From an uncultured Bifidobacteriaceae bacterium (GTDB lineage Bacteria > Actinomycetota > Actinomycetes > S36-B12): a stretch of DNA of 64,000 nucleotides. Both the position numbers and the translations under genes were made by a program. The stretch is taken from assembly GCA_964495555.1 (NCBI GenBank), contig CAZBWA010000003.1, positions 475-64,474 on the forward strand. Reading direction: 5' to 3'. This document shows, piece after piece, positions 9,240-17,411 of this stretch; positions within the stretch are counted from its first letter, which is position 1, and every line of letters starts with the position of its first letter. The notes below the pieces were generated by a model that did not search any database, was not told the origin of the DNA, and saw nothing but the letters and a program-made list of their open reading frames with translations.

Positions 9240-10415
9240 TCAGGACGACAGTGACTGTGCCTCATCGATTCGTGAGATCGCGTGTGCAACAAAGTCACCG
9301 ACCTGGTCCTTCTCCACAAGGAAGCCATCGTGGCCGTATGGCGAACGCAGGATGTGGAGACGATCAGCCCCCGGTGTCAGTTCCACCAGTTCCTCCTGAA
9401 GGCGAAGAGGGAAGAGGCGATCGCTATCGATGCCGACGACAGTAAGCGGCTGTTCGATGCGCGCCAGCGCGGCGGCAACCCCGCCGCGCCCCTGTCCCAG
9501 GTCGAAAAGACTCATCGATCGCGTCAGGGCGACATAGGTATTGGCGTCGAAACGTCGAGCCAGCTTGTCCGCATGGTGATCGAGGTAGGACTCGACGGCA
9601 TAGCGGCCACCCTCGGTCGGAACCTCCTCCCCCTGGACATCGCGCCCGAAACGCACGTCGAGTTCGGTCTCGCTGCGGTAGGTCAGGTGGGCGACCATCC
9701 GGGCGACGCCCATCCCGCGGTGGGGCCCCTCACCGCGGTCGGCGTCGTAGAAGTCACCTCCACGAAAGGCGGGGTCACTCTCAATCGCGCTGATCTGCGC
9801 ATGATGGGTGCCGATCTGATCTGCCGTCACGGCAGCGGTGGATCCCAGAACGAGACCGCTGCGGACCCGTCCGGGATGGGCCGCCATCCACTCGAGGACC
9901 CGCATGCCGCCCAGGGAGGGCCCCAGCATGAGCGCCCACGATTCGATCCCGAGGTGATCGGCCAGGCGACGTTCGATCTCGACCATGTCCGCGACCGTGA
10001 TGACCGGGAACCTGCTCCCCCAGGGTCGTCCGTCCGCGGCCAGGCTCGCCGGTCCCGTCGTGCCCATGCATCCACCAAGGACGTTGGCACACACGACGAA
10101 CCACCGGTCCGAATCCACCGGTGCCCCGGGCCCGACCAGACCATCCCACCATCCCGCCGTCACGTGACCCGGACCGGCTGCGCCCACAACGTGGGAGTCC
10201 CCCGTCAACGCATGGGCGACGTAGACCGCGTTGGACTTCTCGTCATTGAGGGTGCCCCAGGTCTCGTAGGCGATGCGGACATCCGGGATCACGATCCCCG
10301 ACTCCGTGACCAAGTCCCCGACGTCAACAAACAGTCGATCCCCGACGGGGTCTCCCTCCCGCCAGGCACCGCTGGCGGGAGGGAGACCCTCGTAGGTCAA
10401 TGGCCCAGAGACCAT
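9240..10415 (-). CDS. metX: homoserine O-acetyltransferase
   Basis: Alpha/beta-hydrolase MetX motifs (AYETWGTLN, YVAHALTGDSHV, GPSLGGMRVLEW). ATG 10415 lies 1 nt after the metY stop. An alternative ATG at 10448 would overlap metY by 32 nt. Confidence 0.85.
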   Translation of the reverse strand: MVSGPLTYEGLPPASGAWREGDPVGDRLFVDVGDLVTESGIVIPDVRIAYETWGTLNDEKSNAVYVAHALTGDSHVVGAAGPGHVTAGWWDGLVGPGAPVDSDRWFVVCANVLGGCMGTTGPASLAADGRPWGSRFPVITVADMVEIERRLADHLGIESWALMLGPSLGGMRVLEWMAAHPGRVRSGLVLGSTAAVTADQIGTHHAQISAIESDPAFRGGDFYDADRGEGPHRGMGVARMVAHLTYRSETELDVRFGRDVQGEEVPTEGGRYAVESYLDHHADKLARRFDANTYVALTRSMSLFDLGQGRGGVAAALARIEQPLTVVGIDSDRLFPLRLQEELVELTPGADRLHILRSPYGHDGFLVEKDQVGDFVAHAISRIDEAQSLSS

Positions 10416-10416
10416 G

Positions 10417-11733
10417 TCAGGCCGACTTCGCCGCCCGGAATCCGGCATCCAGATCGGCGAGGATGTCGTCGAGTGCCTCGATACCCACCGCGAGCCGCAC
10501 CAGACCGGGTGTCACGCCCGCGGCCAACTGCTCCTCGGGTGTGAGCTGCGAGTGCGTCGTGGAGGCCGGATGGATGACCAGGCTGCGCACATCCCCGATA
10601 TTCGCGACGTGACTGTGGAGTTCCAGCGCCTCGACGAACTTCTGGCCGGCTTCGACTCCGCCGACGATCTCGAAGCTGAGCACTCCACCCGTTCCCAAGG
10701 GTGCGTACTTCTTGCCCAATTGGTGCCACGGGCTGCTGGGAAGGCCCGCATAGTTGACGGACAACACCTCATCGCGGCCCTCGAGCCACTGGGCGACCGC
10801 CAGGGCATTCTCCGTGTGGCGCTGGACACGCAGGGACAGCGTCTCCAGACCTTGGGAGATCAGGAAGGCGTTGAAGGGCGCAACAGCCGCGCCGAGATCG
10901 CGCAGGAGTTGGACCCGGGCCTTGAGGATGTAGGAGAGGTTGACGCCGAATACCCCGTTGACGCCGAGATCCCGCGCATAGACGAGGCCGTGGTAGCTGG
11001 GATCGGGCTCGTTGAAGTTGGGGAAGCGATCCGGGTACTGGGCGTAGTCGAAGGTGCCCCCATCGACGATCACCCCCGCGATCGCGGTTCCATGCCCTCC
11101 CAGGTACTTCGTAGCGGAGTGGACGACGACATCGGCACCCCACTCGAGCGGGCGGATCAGGTACGGCGTGGCGACCGTGTTGTCGACGATCAACGGCACG
11201 CCCACTTCATGCGCAACTCCGGCCACACCCTGGATGTCGAGGATGTCGTTCTTGGGGTTGGAGATCGTCTCGCCGAAGAACGCCTTGGTGTTGGGACGCA
11301 CCGCCCGCCGCCACGAGTCCAGGTCGTCGGGATCGTCGACGAACGTGACCTCGATACCGAGCTTCGGCAACGTGTAGTGGAAGAGGTTGTACGTGCCTCC
11401 GTAGAGGCTCGGGCTCGAGACGATGTGATCCCCCACCTCGGCGACGTTCAAGATTGCCAAAGTTTCGGCTGCCTGACCGCTGGAGACGAGTAGGCCACCC
11501 ACGCCCCCTTCGAGGGCCGCGATGCGGTCTTCGACGACCGCCTGGGTCGGATTCATGATGCGCGTGTAGATGTTGCCAAGCTCTTTGAGGGCAAAGAGAT
11601 TCGCAGCGTGTGTCGTGTCGTTGAACGTGTACGACGTCGTCTGGTAGATCGGCAGGGCGCGGGCGTTTGTCGCCCCGTCGGGGGACTGCCCCGCGTGGAT
11701 CTGCTTCGTATCGAATGACCAACCTGTACTCAT
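10417..11733 (-). CDS. metY: O-acetylhomoserine aminocarboxypropyltransferase (sulfhydrylase), PLP-dependent
   Basis: MSTGWSFDTKQIHAGQ.. N-terminus and an SATKYLGGHG PLP-lysine motif. ATG 11733 is preceded by AAGGAG. The ORF-track start at 11892 runs through the riboswitch and was rejected. Confidence 0.92.
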   Translation of the reverse strand: MSTGWSFDTKQIHAGQSPDGATNARALPIYQTTSYTFNDTTHAANLFALKELGNIYTRIMNPTQAVVEDRIAALEGGVGGLLVSSGQAAETLAILNVAEVGDHIVSSPSLYGGTYNLFHYTLPKLGIEVTFVDDPDDLDSWRRAVRPNTKAFFGETISNPKNDILDIQGVAGVAHEVGVPLIVDNTVATPYLIRPLEWGADVVVHSATKYLGGHGTAIAGVIVDGGTFDYAQYPDRFPNFNEPDPSYHGLVYARDLGVNGVFGVNLSYILKARVQLLRDLGAAVAPFNAFLISQGLETLSLRVQRHTENALAVAQWLEGRDEVLSVNYAGLPSSPWHQLGKKYAPLGTGGVLSFEIVGGVEAGQKFVEALELHSHVANIGDVRSLVIHPASTTHSQLTPEEQLAAGVTPGLVRLAVGIEALDDILADLDAGFRAAKSA

Positions 11734-11829
11734 GATGACTCCTTGACTGTGGTGGAAAGGGAAAACGGACGTTGGGTGAGGACGTGTCTCAACTACATCG
11801 ATGGCACATGCAGACCTCGCAACCTCCGG

Positions 11830-11850
11830 GGCCTTGCCCTGTGCAAGGCC
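11830..11850 (-). promoter_or_regulatory. hairpin just 3' of the SAM-IV aptamer (candidate expression platform)
   Basis: GGCCUUGC-ACAGG-GCAAGGCC is a perfect 8-bp stem. Its 5' arm shares GGCC with the aptamer 3' end. No U-tract follows, so the mechanism is unclear. Confidence 0.4.
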
Positions 11851-11948
11851 GCGCTTGCCCCTGGGGGCCTGGTCTCCACCGGAGCACCCCACCGCGGTTG
11901 GAGGGTTGCCGCTCAGCTAGCCGGGGCTTAATGCTGAGACTCTTGACC
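11847..11948 (-). promoter_or_regulatory. SAM-IV-type S-adenosylmethionine riboswitch aptamer in the metY-metX leader
   Basis: The minus-strand RNA reads GGUCAAGAGUCUCAGCAUUAAGCCCCGGCUAGCUGAGCGGCAACCCUCCAACCGCGGUGGGGUGCUCCGGUGGAGACCAGGCCCCCAGGGGCAAGCGCGGCC. It is near-identical in its conserved cores (AAGCCCCGGCU, CGGCAACCCUCCAACCGCGGUGGGGUGC, GCAAGCGCGG) to the Streptomyces SAM-IV sequence I recall. P2 shows compensatory pairing (CUCAGC/GCUGAG). The location upstream of metY is typical. Confidence 0.8.
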
Positions 11949-12884
11949 TGTCTCAAGACTATACAGAGCCGTCCCGGGCTCGCAAACCGCCGGTCGGGAG
12001 TCAGGGGCCAGAGGGTCCGGCGTTCCCTGGGTCCATCGGACCCATTCCTGCGGCGGCAGGCCCGAACTGAGGGCTGCGGCCAGTAGGCGCCCGAGGACGT
12101 GGTCTGGCTGCTCGTCCAGGCACCTCTCGAGTGCGACGGATGCCCGGAATCCATCCCCGGTTAACCAATAGGCCATCGCACACGTGCACGCGAGATGCGC
12201 ACTGACTCCGCGCGCCGTGTGACGGAGGACGGATGCGAGCAGGTCGGCCAGCGGGCGACATCGGGAAGGCCTCTGACAGAGGTGCCACAAGACGGAATCG
12301 CGTACCTGTGTGGAGGCCAGCCCCGCGGCAATGCGTCTCTCGACGACTCGTCCCGGTTTCCCGTCCCCCGCGTCGAGGAGGGTGACGACCGTGGACACGA
12401 GCTCGGTCATCTCGTGTGCCGAGGAGGGGACTTCGACCGCGTCGATGACCGGCCGTCCCACCGGATCCACGGAGAACTCGGACCTCTCCGGGCCCTCCCA
12501 TCGATGTTCGCGAGGTAGTCGCACCCGCCGGATGAACGGGGCGCCCTCAGCGAACCAGTGCTCCCCATCCGTGGCGATGGAGGACACCCGCGTCACTCCC
12601 GCGGAATCGAGGGCACCGTGCACCGCCTGCACGGCCATCGCCGATGGCTGCCGAGTGCAAACCCAGAGGTCCAACGCTGCGGTCGCCCGCGCATACCGGG
12701 CAGAACGCACCACGGCACTCCCCCATCGGGAATCGAGTTCCACAGGCAGATCGACACGCTGAGCGAGCACTACCTCTCCCCCGGCAATCCAGAGGATGAC
12801 CAGGGACTCCCGCGGTCGGAATCCCAGAATCAGGGGTACGGCTGCGATCGCGCTTTGCGCTCCGGTGATGGTGATCCGCTCCAT
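11928..12884 (-). CDS. DUF4192-like actinobacterial protein of unknown function
   Basis: A 318-aa ORF whose N-terminus (ITGAQSAIAAVPLILGFRPRESLVILW) matches the characteristic DUF4192 start as I recall it. Its 3' end overlaps the promoter and first bases of the SAM-IV element. Confidence 0.7.
   Translation of the reverse strand: MERITITGAQSAIAAVPLILGFRPRESLVILWIAGGEVVLAQRVDLPVELDSRWGSAVVRSARYARATAALDLWVCTRQPSAMAVQAVHGALDSAGVTRVSSIATDGEHWFAEGAPFIRRVRLPREHRWEGPERSEFSVDPVGRPVIDAVEVPSSAHEMTELVSTVVTLLDAGDGKPGRVVERRIAAGLASTQVRDSVLWHLCQRPSRCRPLADLLASVLRHTARGVSAHLACTCAMAYWLTGDGFRASVALERCLDEQPDHVLGRLLAAALSSGLPPQEWVRWTQGTPDPLAPDSRPAVCEPGTALYSLETGQESQH
11958..11985 (-). promoter_or_regulatory. predicted sigma-A-type promoter for the riboswitch-metY-metX transcript
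   Basis: On the minus strand: -35 TTGCGA (11985-11980), a 16-nt spacer and -10 TATAGT (11963-11958). The predicted TSS falls at about 11950, the first aptamer nucleotides. The promoter lies inside the 3' end of the upstream CDS. Confidence 0.5.
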
Positions 12885-12960
12885 CGACAGATGGTGCGCG
12901 CTCGACGCGTGGGTGGACAGACGTGCTGACAGTGGCCGGGATACACATGCACCTGTGCAC

Positions 12961-13005
12961 AGAAAGACCCGGTCGCCGAAGGCTTCCCCTCCCGCGACGA
13001 CCGGG
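12961..13005 (-). terminator. intrinsic terminator candidate after the flippase-like gene
   Basis: The minus-strand hairpin CCCGGUCG(U)CG ... CGGCGACCGGG (8 bp, one mismatch, then 2 bp) is followed by UCUUUCU. It lies 12 nt after the stop at 13017. Confidence 0.5.
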
Positions 13006-13016
13006 CGTCTCCGACT

Positions 13017-14126
13017 CTAGTGCGGGGATTGCGACCCGTCACCACCGACACGCCCGCCGACCTTGGCCAGGGCCTGCCCCGCCTTCCGGTACCACAGGAG
13101 GATCGCGATGATGCCGATGATGATCTGCGGGATGTAGGACGTAGCCCGCCACACCAGATCAGCCGCGGTTGCGTCACCGTTCGAAACACCGAAGCTGACC
13201 ATGAGCGCGATCATCGCGGCATCGACCGTCCCGAGGCCGCCGGGCGTAATCGGAACCATCAGTCCCAACTGACTGATGGCGAATGCCGCGAAGACAACGA
13301 GGATCGACGACTGAGAACCGTCCTCGGACTGCACACCGCGCAAGGCCAGGTAGAGGATGAGGAATTGGGTCAGGGATACGGCCAGCTGGGCACCCGTGAT
13401 GGCCAGCCACCTCCCCTTGAGAAGCCCGTACATGTCGCCCCGGAACTTGGTGATGGGAGCAACGAGATCCACATTCGCCAGGGCCTTGATCCGTCCCCTG
13501 AGGGGGGAGATCAGGGAATTCCCCAGTCGCCCCACCGCCGCTGCCAGCTTCTCCGACCTCATGACGAGGACGAAGAGCGTTACGGCAGCGACGAGGATGA
13601 GAAGACCCACGATCGCGATACCGGCATGCCCCTGGTTGCCCTGACCGGAGGCCGTGAGGGCCACCACGCCGAGGATCGGTAGCCCGAGCGTCACGAACGT
13701 GCTCCATAGCCCGACGGCGGTAATGGCAGCCGTGGCCGCAGTGCCGGAGATACGGAAGGAGGTGAGCATTCCGAACTGAACGGCGAGCCCGACCGCGCCA
13801 CCGCCTGGGATGCCGTTGCTGATGGCGAAGGCTGCCTGATTGGTCTGTTCGGATCTCCAGAACTTCAGTCCGGGAGCGGCCGCCATGAAGGGCAGTCCGT
13901 AGGCGAGCAAGTACAGCACGACGCTGACCCCGATGAGGATGATGGCCGATGTGCTCATGCCACGAAGCGCATCCGCAGCATCCGAGTAGCTGCCGATCTG
14001 GGGAATCACTTTCCAGAAGATGATCACGATGAAGACGAGACCGATGATCCCGAGGATGATCGACTTCTTCTTGTCCAGTGTGGCCGCGGGCGGGGCAGCC
14101 CCCGGCGCCGGTGACGGCGACGTCAT
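13017..14126 (-). CDS. flippase-like / lysylphosphatidylglycerol-synthase transmembrane-domain family membrane protein
   Basis: Polytopic membrane protein with KKKSIILGIIGLVFIVIIFWKVIPQIG at the N-terminus, typical of the UPF0104 / MprF-TM family. The start is ambiguous between ATG 14126 and GTG 14144. Confidence 0.7.
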   Translation of the reverse strand: MTSPSPAPGAAPPAATLDKKKSIILGIIGLVFIVIIFWKVIPQIGSYSDAADALRGMSTSAIILIGVSVVLYLLAYGLPFMAAAPGLKFWRSEQTNQAAFAISNGIPGGGAVGLAVQFGMLTSFRISGTAATAAITAVGLWSTFVTLGLPILGVVALTASGQGNQGHAGIAIVGLLILVAAVTLFVLVMRSEKLAAAVGRLGNSLISPLRGRIKALANVDLVAPITKFRGDMYGLLKGRWLAITGAQLAVSLTQFLILYLALRGVQSEDGSQSSILVVFAAFAISQLGLMVPITPGGLGTVDAAMIALMVSFGVSNGDATAADLVWRATSYIPQIIIGIIAILLWYRKAGQALAKVGGRVGGDGSQSPH

Positions 14127-14197
14127 ACCGCGAGGATGCCACACCCCCGGAGGGGGGTGCTGTCGATCGGCGGAACAGGTTTCGGCAGGATTCAGGC

Positions 14198-14821
14198 ATG
14201 CGGCTCGACCACGTCTCCTACGCGTGCGCGCCCTCGGAGATCGCCGACGTCGTGCAACGCATCGGATCGGACCTCGGAGTTACCTTCGTCGACGGTGGCA
14301 GGCATCCATCCTTCGGAACACGCAACTTCACCGGTGCTCTGGCCAACGGGTCCTACATCGAGGTCGTCAGCGCCCTCGATCACCCCGCAGCCCTCAAGGC
14401 ACCCTTCGGGCAGGCCGTGCATCATCGGGCCGAGGCGGGCGGCGGATGGCTGAGTTGGGTCGTGGCCGTCGACGACATCACCGTCATCGAGGCGCACCTG
14501 GGGCGCGACGCAGCGCCGGGGCAACGGATCCGCCCCGACGGAACGGTCCTGCGATGGCGCCAGATCGGAGTCCTCGACACGATGAACGACCCCGTGCTGC
14601 CCTTCTTCATCGAGTGGGAGTCGACGGAGGCGGAGCACCCCTCGGCACGAGGCGGGCTCGTCGCACTCGAGCGCTTCGAGATGTCCGGGGACACCGACGC
14701 GCTCACTTCCATGCCTGACTCCGTCGCCGACCTCCTCACGGTCGACTGGGTTGACGATGACACACCGGGGATCGTTGCCGTCTGGTTCGAATCCCCGCAC
14801 GGTCCCGTGCGGATCGACTAG
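14198..14821 (+). CDS. VOC / glyoxalase-like domain protein
   Basis: MRLDHVSYAC... with the later PFFIEWES motif typical of glyoxalase-like domain proteins. ATG 14198 has a CAGGAT -10-like box 6 nt upstream. The ORF-track start at 14078 overlaps the divergent gene. Confidence 0.7.
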   Translation: MRLDHVSYACAPSEIADVVQRIGSDLGVTFVDGGRHPSFGTRNFTGALANGSYIEVVSALDHPAALKAPFGQAVHHRAEAGGGWLSWVVAVDDITVIEAHLGRDAAPGQRIRPDGTVLRWRQIGVLDTMNDPVLPFFIEWESTEAEHPSARGGLVALERFEMSGDTDALTSMPDSVADLLTVDWVDDDTPGIVAVWFESPHGPVRID

Positions 14822-14849
14822 TGTCGCCACACCCGACAAGGAGGGGGAC

Positions 14850-15932
14850 ATGAGTCAGACGGACAATGTTCCACCGACCCTCCGCACGTTCGCCGGATAC
14901 ACCTGGCGAATCCTGATCCTGCTCGCGGGCTTCGCGGTCTTCGTCCTCGTACTGGGCCGCATCTTCCCCGTGGTGTTCGCCTTGTTCTTCGCGATGCTGG
15001 TGACGGCGTGGACCCAGCCCGTCATGAAGCTGTTCCAGAGATTCTTGCCGAAGGTCATCGCGATGATTCTCGCGCTCCTGGTGATCATTGCCGCGATCCT
15101 CACGATCCTCTACATCGTGATCACCTCGACGATCAGCGAAGGGCCCAAGTTCGTTTCAAGCCTGCAGTCGGGCTTCCAGGAAATCACGGGGTGGCTCAAG
15201 ACCGGTCCGCTCAAGTTGTCGGACGAGGCCGTAGGCAGCCTGCTGTCCCAAGCTCAGTCGGTGGGGACCTCCGTGGCCAAGGGTTTCCTCGGTGACGCCG
15301 TGGGGGCGCTCGGATCGCTAGGTACCCTCATCATCGCCGGCTCTGTATTCATCTTCGGCGTGATCTTCTTCCTGCTCACACCGAAGCAAATCTGGGACTG
15401 GTTCATCGGATGGGTGCCCAAGGGTCTGCAGACCCCGGTGAACACCTCGGGCTACATCGCCTGGGAGTCGATCTCGGGGTACACCCGGGGCATCGTCATT
15501 GTCGCCCTCGCGGACGCCACGCTGGTGTTCATCGGGCTCACGATCATGCAGGTTCCCCTGGCGCCGGCACTCGCAGCCGTGGTGTTCATTGGAGCCTTCA
15601 TCCCCGTGATCGGCGCGCCCGTAGCGACCTTCTTCGCGGCCGTCGTGGCCTTAGCCGAACGAGGTCCTGTCATCGGACTGCTGGTCGTCCTCCTCACCAT
15701 CGTTGTGGGCTCCTTCGACGGTGACGTCCTTCAACCCCTTGTCATGGGTAAGGCAGTCAATCTCCACCCACTGGCGATCGTGTTCGCGATCGCCGCCGGG
15801 AGCATCGCCCTCGGGATCGTCGGGGCCCTCATCGCGGTCCCGATCGCCGGTGCGGCGTACGGAGTCGCGAAGTACCTCACAGGCCGAGACCCGGACCATC
15901 CTTTCCCTGGTCCACCGCCCGTCCTGACCTAG
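14850..15932 (+). CDS. AI-2E family (PerM-like) transporter
   Basis: Polytopic membrane protein of about 360 aa with the conserved C-terminal FDGDVLQPLVMGKAVNLHPLAIVFAI segment. AGGAGGGGG SD before ATG 14850. Confidence 0.8.
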   Translation: MSQTDNVPPTLRTFAGYTWRILILLAGFAVFVLVLGRIFPVVFALFFAMLVTAWTQPVMKLFQRFLPKVIAMILALLVIIAAILTILYIVITSTISEGPKFVSSLQSGFQEITGWLKTGPLKLSDEAVGSLLSQAQSVGTSVAKGFLGDAVGALGSLGTLIIAGSVFIFGVIFFLLTPKQIWDWFIGWVPKGLQTPVNTSGYIAWESISGYTRGIVIVALADATLVFIGLTIMQVPLAPALAAVVFIGAFIPVIGAPVATFFAAVVALAERGPVIGLLVVLLTIVVGSFDGDVLQPLVMGKAVNLHPLAIVFAIAAGSIALGIVGALIAVPIAGAAYGVAKYLTGRDPDHPFPGPPPVLT

Positions 15933-15969
15933 CCCGTCCCCCACACGATCCGACATCCGGGAGGTATCC

Positions 15970-16797
15970 ATGTCCATTCCCAGCCTTGTCATGAACGACG
16001 GCCGATCAATCCCGCAGATCGGCCTCGGTGTGTGGCAGGTCCCCGACGACGTGGCTACGGACGCCTGCCTGGCGGCCCTGGAGTGCGGCTACCGTCACAT
16101 CGATACCGCCGCCCTGTACTACAACGAAGAGGGCGTGGGCCGGGCGATCGCCGCCTGCGGTCTGCCTCGCAAGGAACTCTTCATCACTACCAAGGTCTGG
16201 AACACCGACCAGGGTTACGACGCCACCATGCGCGCGTTCGAGCTGAGTCTGTCGAAGCTAGGCCTTGACTACGTTGACCTCTATCTCATCCACTGGCCGA
16301 CGCCTGGACGCGATCTCTACGCCGACACATGGCGCGCGTTGGTCGATCTCCGCGCTGACGGGCGCGCCGCGTCCATTGGCGTGTCCAATTTCCACGAGGC
16401 CCACATCCGCCGGGTCGTGGCGGAGACCGGCGAGGTTCCTGCCATCAACCAAGTCGAGCTCCACCCGTGGCTCCCCCAACGCGAGGTCCGCGCAGTCGAT
16501 GCCGAGTTCGGGATCCTCACCGAGGGATGGAGTCCGCTCGGTTCGGGCCGGCTCATCGACGATCCGATCCTGCAGGGCATCGCAGATCGCCACGGGGTCA
16601 CCACCGCGCAGGTCATGATCCGCTGGCAGATCCAGTTGGGCAACGTGGTCCTGCCGAAGTCCGTGACACCCGACCGGATCCGCAGCAACATCGACGTTTT
16701 TGGGTTCACCCTCGATGGCGAGGATCTCGCGCTGATCGACTCACTAGCCAGCGGTCAGCGGACCGGTCCCGATCCCGACGTTTTCAACGAGGCCTAG
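15970..16797 (+). CDS. aldo/keto reductase (2,5-diketo-D-gluconate reductase-like)
   Basis: AKR motifs GYRHIDTAALYYNEEGVG, LFITTKVW, VDLYLIHWP and NQVELHPW. GGAGG SD before ATG 15970. Confidence 0.9.
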   Translation: MSIPSLVMNDGRSIPQIGLGVWQVPDDVATDACLAALECGYRHIDTAALYYNEEGVGRAIAACGLPRKELFITTKVWNTDQGYDATMRAFELSLSKLGLDYVDLYLIHWPTPGRDLYADTWRALVDLRADGRAASIGVSNFHEAHIRRVVAETGEVPAINQVELHPWLPQREVRAVDAEFGILTEGWSPLGSGRLIDDPILQGIADRHGVTTAQVMIRWQIQLGNVVLPKSVTPDRIRSNIDVFGFTLDGEDLALIDSLASGQRTGPDPDVFNEA

Positions 16798-16800
16798 GCC

Positions 16801-17325
16801 CTACGGGGTGGCGGTTCGGGCGTCCAGGTTCTCCTGGGGGACCAAATCCCCGGCCGCCTCACACTGAGCCTCGATGCGCTGCGACGACTTGTCGATGCGC
16901 TCGGTCTGCGCGGCGTTGATGCCGTCGGTCCCCTGCTTGGTCTTCGCCTTGTCCAGGTTGGCCTGAATCCGCACGGCATTGTCGAGCGCCTTCTGGGTGA
17001 GATCTCCCGCGGCGACCGAGGCCTCCATGTCCGACACCATCCCGTCGGCCAAGGCCCGGTACTCGCGGAGCAGCTCGCGCTTCTGCTTCTTGGTGAGGTC
17101 TTCCGTGCCCGCGGCGACCGTGCTACGCACAAGGTCGAACTCGTAATACGCACCGCAACCGTCGATAAGGATGATCTCCTCCTCGACGGTCACCTCCTCC
17201 GTCGCGGTCACACTGGGCGTCGGGGCGGCCGTCACCGGGGCAGGTTCCGGCTCCGAGGAACATGCGGCGATCCCGGCTGCGAACAGGCCGACCACCATCG
17301 GAAGCGCGATTCTTTGGATCCTCAT
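16801..17325 (-). CDS. hypothetical lipoprotein
   Basis: The signal peptide ends in a lipobox (LFAAGIAAC). GGGAGG SD before ATG 17325. The ORF-track start at 17496 runs into nrdJ and was rejected. Confidence 0.65.
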   Translation of the reverse strand: MRIQRIALPMVVGLFAAGIAACSSEPEPAPVTAAPTPSVTATEEVTVEEEIILIDGCGAYYEFDLVRSTVAAGTEDLTKKQKRELLREYRALADGMVSDMEASVAAGDLTQKALDNAVRIQANLDKAKTKQGTDGINAAQTERIDKSSQRIEAQCEAAGDLVPQENLDARTATP

Positions 17326-17373
17326 CCGGCCTCCCAGCGTTTCCCAGCATGCTAACCGCATTCCACGGCGCGT

Positions 17374-17405
17374 GGGGCGGAACGCACCGGAGTGCACTCC
17401 GCCCC
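17374..17405 (-). terminator. hairpin after nrdJ (terminator candidate without U-tract)
   Basis: GGGGCGGA-16 nt-UCCGCCCC is an 8-bp GC stem starting 7 nt after the nrdJ stop. No U-run follows. Confidence 0.4.
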
Positions 17406-17411
17406 GTCCGG

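Noticed and set aside
9282-11493. Plus-strand ORFs of 420 aa and 359 aa
   Set aside because: They are antisense to metX and metY, which carry unambiguous family motifs.
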